The position numbers and the translations under genes are program-made. Shown one piece after another: positions 57,729 through 64,000 of a stretch of DNA of 64,000 nucleotides (position 1 is the first letter of the stretch; each line of letters starts with the position of its first letter). Under the pieces are notes generated by a model. The model saw only the letters and a list, made by a program, of their open reading frames with translations, did not search any database and was not told the DNA's origin. The stretch is from Abditibacterium sp. (GTDB lineage Bacteria > Armatimonadota > Abditibacteriia > Abditibacteriales > Abditibacteriaceae): contig OZ251992.1 in the NCBI GenBank assembly GCA_965246885.1, forward strand, positions 2,880,001 through 2,944,000, in the 5' to 3' direction.

Positions 57729-58523
57729 ATGAACTACTACCCGATAAACTCACTTTCACCCTTCTGCCGAAAGAAAGCGGCGGTTTCCGCTTTTACTTTG
57801 GTGGAACTCCTCGTCGTTATAGCGATCATCGCTATTTTGGCGGCCATTCTTTTCCCGGCTTTTGGCCGGGCGCGCGAGAATGGGCGGCGCGCTTCCTGCC
57901 AGTCGAACATGAAACAGTTGGGCTTGGGCATTTTGCAATACGCGCAGGATTACGACGAAAAGCTGCCCGGCAAAGCGCTCGACGGCAATAACCGATACGG
58001 CGCGCACTGGAACGGAACGGGTTGGGCAGGCCAAATTTTCCCTTACGTCAAAAGCGGCCAGATTTACAAGTGTCCCAGCGACACTTACTCGCCGCCCCCC
58101 GACGCTACCGGCGTTCCTGTCTCCTACGCTTTTACGGAGATTTTCGGCGGAGTACGCATTGCCCGCCTCGGCGGCAACGCCCAAACGGTTGCTCTGTCCG
58201 AAGCCTCTGTATCTTCGGTAGTCAACGTTTTCGACCCGAAAGAAAGCGGAACGGCGACCTCGATGGGCGATTTCGGCGACAACTTGATCTTCGTGGAAAG
58301 CAACCGTTTCAACACCACTTGCTGCGGCAACTCTGGTTTACAATACCACACCGCCGCTTTTCAAGATGACGCTCATGGCGGCGGCTCCGAAGTGGGCGCT
58401 CCCATGCACTTCGACGGCTCCAACTTCTTGCTGATGGATGGCCACGTCAAGTTCTACCACTCCAACCAAGTTTCCGTGTACGCGACTAACGCGGCCAACT
58501 CGCAAATCAGCTATTATCGCTAA
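57729..58523 (+). CDS. DUF1559 / prepilin-type N-terminal cleavage protein with H-X9-DG motif
   Basis: [60 protein letters not shown]. Confidence 0.93.
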   Translation: MNYYPINSLSPFCRKKAAVSAFTLVELLVVIAIIAILAAILFPAFGRARENGRRASCQSNMKQLGLGILQYAQDYDEKLPGKALDGNNRYGAHWNGTGWAGQIFPYVKSGQIYKCPSDTYSPPPDATGVPVSYAFTEIFGGVRIARLGGNAQTVALSEASVSSVVNVFDPKESGTATSMGDFGDNLIFVESNRFNTTCCGNSGLQYHTAAFQDDAHGGGSEVGAPMHFDGSNFLLMDGHVKFYHSNQVSVYATNAANSQISYYR

Positions 58524-58535
58524 AAAGGGACTCTC

Positions 58536-58880
58536 ATGCGACCTGCAATCATTCCCCGTGTTGCTTTGTTCTTGGCGGGTTTGGCCTTTCTTTCCGGGTG
58601 TAGCAACTCCCAGTTACCCCCGGAGAAAACCGTCATCAAGCAAAATCAAAACACTATTCGTTTCACGCTCAACGACCCCAAGATGTCGCCCCAGACAAAA
58701 CAGGCGATGATCGAGTCGATGAAGCAAAACATGCCAGCCGGTGTCAAGGCGGCGATGGGCAAGCAAGAAGCCACCGCCGCCCAGCAGCACAACGCCAACA
58801 TCGAGCGCATCAATGCCAACCCCAACCTGTCCGCCGAGGACAAACAACGGTTCATCGAACAAGAGCGCGCACGGCAGTAG
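58536..58880 (+). CDS. Small lipoprotein
   Basis: Lipobox LSGC; two similar repeats [15 protein letters not shown] and [15 protein letters not shown]. Confidence 0.85.
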   Translation: MRPAIIPRVALFLAGLAFLSGCSNSQLPPEKTVIKQNQNTIRFTLNDPKMSPQTKQAMIESMKQNMPAGVKAAMGKQEATAAQQHNANIERINANPNLSAEDKQRFIEQERARQ

Positions 58881-58932
58881 CCTCGTTCCGCGTCTGCTTT
58901 TGTATCCAACCTTCCCAAAGGAACATTTTCCA

Positions 58933-59712
58933 ATGAAACTGAATCACACCCAACACACAGCGCCGCGCCGCGCCCTTGGATTTACCCTTATAGAAATCCT
59001 CGTTGTCATCGCTATCATCGCCATTCTCGCGGCGATTCTTTTCCCGGCTTTCGCCCGCGCCCGCGAGAACGCCCGCAAAGCCTCCTGCCAGTCCAACCTC
59101 AAGCAAATCGGCTTGGGCTTCACCCAATACTTGCAGGACTACGACGAACGGTATCCACCAATGTACGGGAGTTCGGTTTGGAGCAAAAACCTTCTTCCCT
59201 ACATCAAGAGCACGCAGGTTTTCGGATGCCCATCCAATGACGTTAGCGATCAATTCATGCCCGGAAGTAATAACGAGATTCCCGCTTCTTATGGCATCAA
59301 TCCACGAATTGTTCGGGGCGATTTTATGTTCTCCCCAGGCACAGACTACCCGTATCGGATGGCGGCTATGAACTCGCCCTCGCAAAAGATATTGGTGGGG
59401 GACACTGGATCGGGCGACGTGGGAGTGGGTTGGTACGACTGGTATCACAACAACAAATGGGCGGAGGTAGCTAACAACGGTTTCAAAGGGCATTTAGGAA
59501 CCGGCAACTTCCTGTTCGCCGACGGCCATGTTAAGGCGATGAAGCTGGAGAACACCATTACTCCATTCAACATGTGGGGCGAGTTCTACGCGCAAGAGTG
59601 GAACGATAAAACCGACGTCTGTTACGCTTACGGTTACGATCCCAACTGCGACCTTCCCAGTGCCGATGCCACCACCGAAGCCGCCAAAGCCAGCCGCGAC
59701 TATTGGAACTAA
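58933..59712 (+). CDS. DUF1559 / prepilin-type N-terminal cleavage protein with H-X9-DG motif
   Basis: [53 protein letters not shown]. Confidence 0.93.
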   Translation: MKLNHTQHTAPRRALGFTLIEILVVIAIIAILAAILFPAFARARENARKASCQSNLKQIGLGFTQYLQDYDERYPPMYGSSVWSKNLLPYIKSTQVFGCPSNDVSDQFMPGSNNEIPASYGINPRIVRGDFMFSPGTDYPYRMAAMNSPSQKILVGDTGSGDVGVGWYDWYHNNKWAEVANNGFKGHLGTGNFLFADGHVKAMKLENTITPFNMWGEFYAQEWNDKTDVCYAYGYDPNCDLPSADATTEAAKASRDYWN

Positions 59713-59722
59713 ATCAATACTC

Positions 59723-59755
59723 AAGGGCGGGCGAACACGATGTTCGCCCGCTCTT
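59723..59755. terminator. Terminator between convergent units
   Basis: AAGGGCGGGCGAACA-CGA-TGTTCGCCCGCTCTT. Confidence 0.8.
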
Positions 59756-59767
59756 TATTGTGCCGGT

Positions 59768-61822
59768 TTATGCGCGCGGGGAGGCTTTGGTGGGCGCGGG
59801 CGCGTCAAAGAAAAGGCCGCTCATCGCCGAGTTCGTCCACACGCTAATCTTCTTGATGCGCAATATGACGTGGCCCTGCACGTTCCACACAAAGTATTTG
59901 CCCGCCGAGTAGGTGTTAATCTCCTGCGAGTCGAGGGTCTTACCGCTTGCGGCGTCTACCACTTGGATGTTAGCGGCGCGTCCGCTTTCCCAGTCCAAGC
60001 CATAAAGCGCGATTTGATGCACGGCGGTGTCGGTCAAGTTGCAATCAATGTCGTACGTCAGGTCGTTGCTGCCCCACTGCCCCGCGACGCGGTCGGTGCC
60101 GCCTTCTTTTTGGAGGGCGCGCACGTCGCTCGTGGAACCGGCCCAAGGGTATGTCCACGTCGCCACGTTCACCTTGCCATAGGCGGGCTGTTTGGTCGCG
60201 TCGGCGGCGATTAAGTAGCCCTCACTTCCATAAACTCCCTTCCAGCTTCCCTGCGTTTGGGTGTCAATTTTGACAAACGTCGCGCTCGCGCCGGGGGCTT
60301 TGGCGGCGGTGAGGGCCGCGACGGTGACGCCGCCATCTTGCACGATCTTCAACACGTGCGCCCCCGCCGTTAACGCGACGGGCACAGGCGCCGCGACGAG
60401 GGCGCCTTTCTTGCCGGTTTTGGCAACGGAAAGAGGACCGGACAAGTTGGCGCCTGTCTCGTCCTCGACATGAAACGTGCCGCCGCTCTTCGGCGAAGTG
60501 ACGAGGAAACTGAACGTATACGCGCCCCCGGTGGGCACCTGCACGGTGTAGTTATGCCACGCCCCGCCGTCCGCGAGTTGCTCGCGCGCGATGCCGGGGC
60601 CACCGAGGTTGTAGTCGGCGGCCTTGATGGTGCCGGGAAGGGAGAGAGGTTTGCGCGGCGTGCCTACCCCGTCGCTGAGATACACGCGCGAGTAGTTCCA
60701 CTCGTAGAACTTGCCCTCGAACGCCGAAGCGGGGAGTTCTTTGTTGACGCTTCCGATTTGGTTGTGGCCCCAGCCACCATCGAACAGGAAATCTATGTCA
60801 ACGGGTTCATCGCTTTTGGTGTTGCCGTATGTCCAGTAGTAGTCTTTGCCGCGCTGGATGAGGATACCGTCCACATACATGGCGAAGGAGTTGTCCTTTT
60901 TGTAAACCCACGTCCACGTGTGGTAGACGGTCGGGTCGAACTTGGCGATGCCGCGCGCTTTCATGGTGCCTTCCCAGTCCCAAAAGTTCCACTCGTCCTT
61001 CATCGGGGCCGCGACGGAGTTGGAATGAAAGAAGCGCCCGTCGTAGTTGGTGTTGCCGCCGCCGTTGTCGTAACCAAACGATTCCACGAGGTCATGCTCG
61101 GCGCCCTGCCCGTTCTGGCCGTCCCACTTCCATTTGTTGCCCGCCGTCCAAATGGCGAACCAGAAGTAAGGCGGCGTGAGGTAGCGCGCGCGCGTTTCCC
61201 AGACGATGTCGCGGCCCAGCAAAGAGCCACCGGTGGGCAAGCGCCACTTCGCCATGAAGGAACCGTTGCCGGTGTTGTGGTTGCGCACTTGCACGTCCGT
61301 CACCTTGTTGAGCGGGGTCAGGAAAGTGCGCATGGAATCGGGCGTCCATGCGCGCACGGGTGGGGAGTTGACGCCTTCAATGGGCTGTCCCCCCATCGCG
61401 GTAGCGGCGTCGGGTGCCACCATGTTCGAGCCGTACTTGCCGCCGTTGTTGATGGTGCCGAACTGGTCGTGGTAGTAGAAGTTGGCGCTCATGTCGGCAT
61501 AGTTCTTAATCGTGCCAGTAGAGCCAAAGTGCCAGTTCTTCACCAGCACCATCCCCGGCCCGCCCAAGCCAAAGGAGGGCGCGGGGCCAAGGGCAGGATC
61601 CATTACGGTGCCGCCGCCCAAAGTTTCGCGGCCCGCAAAGGGCGAGGCGACGAGAGAAAGCGGCGCGCGGTCGGTCGTTGGGATCGCGGGCGCGCTCAAG
61701 CAACTGGGCGCGAGGGCGCACAAAGTGGAGGTCGCCAGCAACGGCAGGGCGACCCGGTTGGTCGCGCGATCGAGAAGCGCCAGACGAGCGGCGCGGCGTG
61801 GGCAAGGATGGATGGGTTTCAT
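59768..61822 (-). CDS. Secreted carbohydrate-active protein (GH16-like jelly-roll, CBM6-like domain, C-terminal domain)
   Basis: WFAIWT...EHDLVE (ExDxxE), YHTWTW, YVDG; PGTI.A.DY..GG.G and W.NYTV.V...G.Y (CBM6-like). Confidence 0.7.
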   Translation of the reverse strand: MKPIHPCPRRAARLALLDRATNRVALPLLATSTLCALAPSCLSAPAIPTTDRAPLSLVASPFAGRETLGGGTVMDPALGPAPSFGLGGPGMVLVKNWHFGSTGTIKNYADMSANFYYHDQFGTINNGGKYGSNMVAPDAATAMGGQPIEGVNSPPVRAWTPDSMRTFLTPLNKVTDVQVRNHNTGNGSFMAKWRLPTGGSLLGRDIVWETRARYLTPPYFWFAIWTAGNKWKWDGQNGQGAEHDLVESFGYDNGGGNTNYDGRFFHSNSVAAPMKDEWNFWDWEGTMKARGIAKFDPTVYHTWTWVYKKDNSFAMYVDGILIQRGKDYYWTYGNTKSDEPVDIDFLFDGGWGHNQIGSVNKELPASAFEGKFYEWNYSRVYLSDGVGTPRKPLSLPGTIKAADYNLGGPGIAREQLADGGAWHNYTVQVPTGGAYTFSFLVTSPKSGGTFHVEDETGANLSGPLSVAKTGKKGALVAAPVPVALTAGAHVLKIVQDGGVTVAALTAAKAPGASATFVKIDTQTQGSWKGVYGSEGYLIAADATKQPAYGKVNVATWTYPWAGSTSDVRALQKEGGTDRVAGQWGSNDLTYDIDCNLTDTAVHQIALYGLDWESGRAANIQVVDAASGKTLDSQEINTYSAGKYFVWNVQGHVILRIKKISVWTNSAMSGLFFDAPAPTKASPRA

Positions 61823-61844
61823 AGTAAGGCAAGTGAACTTGCTG

Positions 61845-61890
61845 TTGTGACTGTCACTATATTATACCCCGCGCCGTCGCCGTTCAAACA
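61845..61890 (-). promoter_or_regulatory. Candidate promoter-operator, copy of 57630-57678
   Basis: Minus strand TGTTTGAACGGC-N8-GGGGTATAAT-ATA-GTGACAGTCACAA. Confidence 0.7.
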
Positions 61891-61922
61891 AGGAGCGGGG
61901 AAATTCAACCGTCGAAATGCGT

Positions 61923-62053
61923 AGCTCCGTCGTCCGCGTATACAGTTCCGTCGTCCGCGTATACAGTTCCGTCGTTTATCTCCGTAACTCCGTCGTCCGC
62001 GTATATAGTTCCGTCGTTCATCTCCGTAACTCGGCCCTCCGGCTACACAACTC
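61923..62053. repeat. Intergenic 21-bp tandem repeat (~6 units)
   Basis: Units at 61923, 61944, 61965, 61986, 62007, 62028 (AGTTCCGTCGTCCGCGTATAC and variants). Confidence 0.92.
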
Positions 62054-62097
62054 TTGAGTTCATCTACCTCATTGATCCGTTGGCGCGCATAACTTTT

Positions 62098-63987
62098 TCA
62101 TTCGCCTTGCAAGGGGACGGCGTCGCACAGGTCAATGGCCCAGTCTTGCGCGTTAAACCAACGGCCCCACCGCCCGTTTTTGGGTTTGTCGCGGATGCCG
62201 AGAGTGAAGTGAAAGCTGTCGGTGCGGCGCAACAGCTTAAGCAAAAGGTGGTTGGCGCCTTGCCGGAGGCGGACGGCATGGACTTCGTTGTAAGGCGCCC
62301 ACATGGTCGTATCGTCCTCGTGGGCGATGCGCTCGCCATTAAGGTAAATCCGGTAACCGTCCGAATTGCCCACCACGAGGTTGGCCTCGCGCTCGTCGGG
62401 GCAGTAAACCGTGCGGGCAAGATACACGCAACAGGGGCCGGACAGCCCAATGAGGCGGGAAAAGTCCACTTCATACTCATAAGAGGGCACGACGGCGGGG
62501 CGCCCCAACTTCTGACTCCACGCCGCGAATTGCGCGGCGACATCGGCGCCCGGTTCGGGCAGGTATTCTCGCTCCAGCGAGACGAAATGATGCGAGCTAC
62601 GCCGCTCTCGCTTGGGGTCACTCTCGTCGGGAACCGCATCATAAAAGACGCCCAACAGTTGCCACAACCCCGCACCTGCCACGCCAAACTCCAGCGTCCG
62701 CGTGCCCTCGGCGCAAATGGAAAAGCGGTGTTGCATCGGCCACTGGGCCACGCCGCGCGGCGCATGGAGTGTGACTTCGACGGGCGCACTTAGCTCCGCG
62801 CCCGAAAAACTCGCGGGAGAGGCCACCCAGCCTACGGGGGCGTCCACCCTCACGGTGCCCGCGAGCGCCGCGCCCGTATTACTCACTTGGACGCGCACCG
62901 TCTCGCCCGGCGCGACGCAGGGCAAACTCAGGTAACTGAGTTCCAAACGCGACGCTGCCACGTTCCGAGGAGGAAAAGGCGCCATGTCGGGCGCGTCAGT
63001 GATGTGGATGCCGGTGTTGCACTCGCGCGACAGCAGCACGCCCACCCGCGCCGTATCGCGCGCCAAAGCCGAGATGGTCATTTCGGGTCGGGTGTACTCG
63101 ATGCCCATCACCAGTTCGTCGCCGACCGGTTCAAGAAGCGACGAAGGAAGGGCGCGGGCACCCAAAATCTGTCCGATGAGGGCGCCCGCCGTCGCCATCG
63201 TGCAGTCGGTATCGTAGCCGCACCGCAACGAGTCAAGCAGGGTTTGCAACAAGTCTCCGCCGCCATACAGGAGGCCCAAAAAGGTGAAAGGAACGTTAGT
63301 GCGGGCATCGCACGCTTCGGGGTTGCCCGCGCGGGCCATGATGCGGTCGCGCGCATCGCGCAACGAGACCCCCGCGTCGAAGCACTCAAAGGCCGTCGCC
63401 ACCCCGCGCGCCGTCGGGCCGCTTGCAGGCAGGTAATGGGTGAACATCGCGGCCAAGCGGCGCACGTCGGGCACAAAGAACGCCATCGAAGCCATCGCCG
63501 CGAACATCTTTTCGGCGCCGATGGACTCTTCGGTATGATCCAAACTGCCGTCCAGACCCGCGTAATGCGCCGCCAAATCCGGCGCACCGGGAAAAGTGTA
63601 GCCCCATATTTCGGCGCGGATGGGGCAACCCATGCCGGTATCCCAAAACTGGTTGCCAAAGCGCCCCGACATCGGCGGCGCGATGCCTAAACGCCAGTTG
63701 CGGCGGAAGATGCCGTACTCGTTAAAGGGATACCAGCAGCCTTCGAGCCACGCCCCCGCGAGATCGCGCGCCGAAAGGTGGCTTCCACGTTGCTCTAACA
63801 CATGGAGCCACAACACTTGCAAGTCAAGGTCGTCGTTGGGCGGCATTTGCGCGGGGAACAGGGCGTCGGGCGCCACTTCGATCCAGCCTTTGTTGCCCTC
63901 GAACCGCGCGCCGATGGCCCCGCCCATTGACTTGCCCAACCAACCGCCCAACACGGCATCCAAATAACGGTTGTAGGAGAGGTTCAT
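62098..63987 (-). CDS. ADP-ribosylglycohydrolase-family protein with C-terminal beta-sandwich domains
   Basis: G.WLGKSMGGAIG, NDDLD, MGCPIRAEIWG, GYDTDCT.ATAG. Confidence 0.88.
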   Translation of the reverse strand: MNLSYNRYLDAVLGGWLGKSMGGAIGARFEGNKGWIEVAPDALFPAQMPPNDDLDLQVLWLHVLEQRGSHLSARDLAGAWLEGCWYPFNEYGIFRRNWRLGIAPPMSGRFGNQFWDTGMGCPIRAEIWGYTFPGAPDLAAHYAGLDGSLDHTEESIGAEKMFAAMASMAFFVPDVRRLAAMFTHYLPASGPTARGVATAFECFDAGVSLRDARDRIMARAGNPEACDARTNVPFTFLGLLYGGGDLLQTLLDSLRCGYDTDCTMATAGALIGQILGARALPSSLLEPVGDELVMGIEYTRPEMTISALARDTARVGVLLSRECNTGIHITDAPDMAPFPPRNVAASRLELSYLSLPCVAPGETVRVQVSNTGAALAGTVRVDAPVGWVASPASFSGAELSAPVEVTLHAPRGVAQWPMQHRFSICAEGTRTLEFGVAGAGLWQLLGVFYDAVPDESDPKRERRSSHHFVSLEREYLPEPGADVAAQFAAWSQKLGRPAVVPSYEYEVDFSRLIGLSGPCCVYLARTVYCPDEREANLVVGNSDGYRIYLNGERIAHEDDTTMWAPYNEVHAVRLRQGANHLLLKLLRRTDSFHFTLGIRDKPKNGRWGRWFNAQDWAIDLCDAVPLQGE

Positions 63988-64000
63988 AATTCAAAGGATG

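Noticed and set aside
57729..59712. Diversity-generating retroelement acting on the DUF1559 genes
   Set aside because: No reverse transcriptase and no template/variable repeat pair differing only at adenines.

Overview
64 kb of GC-rich bacterial chromosome. Paired DUF1559/H-X9-DG prepilin-like genes, an Omp85 protein, an SLH-plus-barrel outer-membrane protein and a DUF5693 protein suggest a diderm Terrabacterium such as Armatimonadota; this is inference. Housekeeping genes are a DinG-family helicase, fused MoaD-MoaE, BamA, nadB, ahcY, gdhA, folC and ppdK. Two redox/electrophile-detoxification clusters (23.2-27.6 kb and 38.9-43.8 kb) carry candidate Rrf2 operators. The window also holds cell-envelope glycan genes, an atypical GrpE-Hsp70-J-like trio, and a prepilin/glycan-utilisation locus with a duplicated promoter-operator. 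Two genes are broken (a GNAT and an HsdR_N-like nuclease). No rRNA, tRNA, CRISPR array or transposase was seen. The most notable unexplained structures are: (i) five dispersed arrays on a 21-bp period, three related in sequence and one with a 14-bp motif flipping orientation on the grid; (ii) an orphan peptide with an exact lasso-type RiPP leader motif behind a secreted kelch/lamin-tail protein; (iii) a ~340-aa lamin-tail module present twice, once fused to low-GC cargo; (iv) a low-GC variable core inside a DUF1559 pilin-like gene. All calls come from reading the sequence by eye; no database searches were run.
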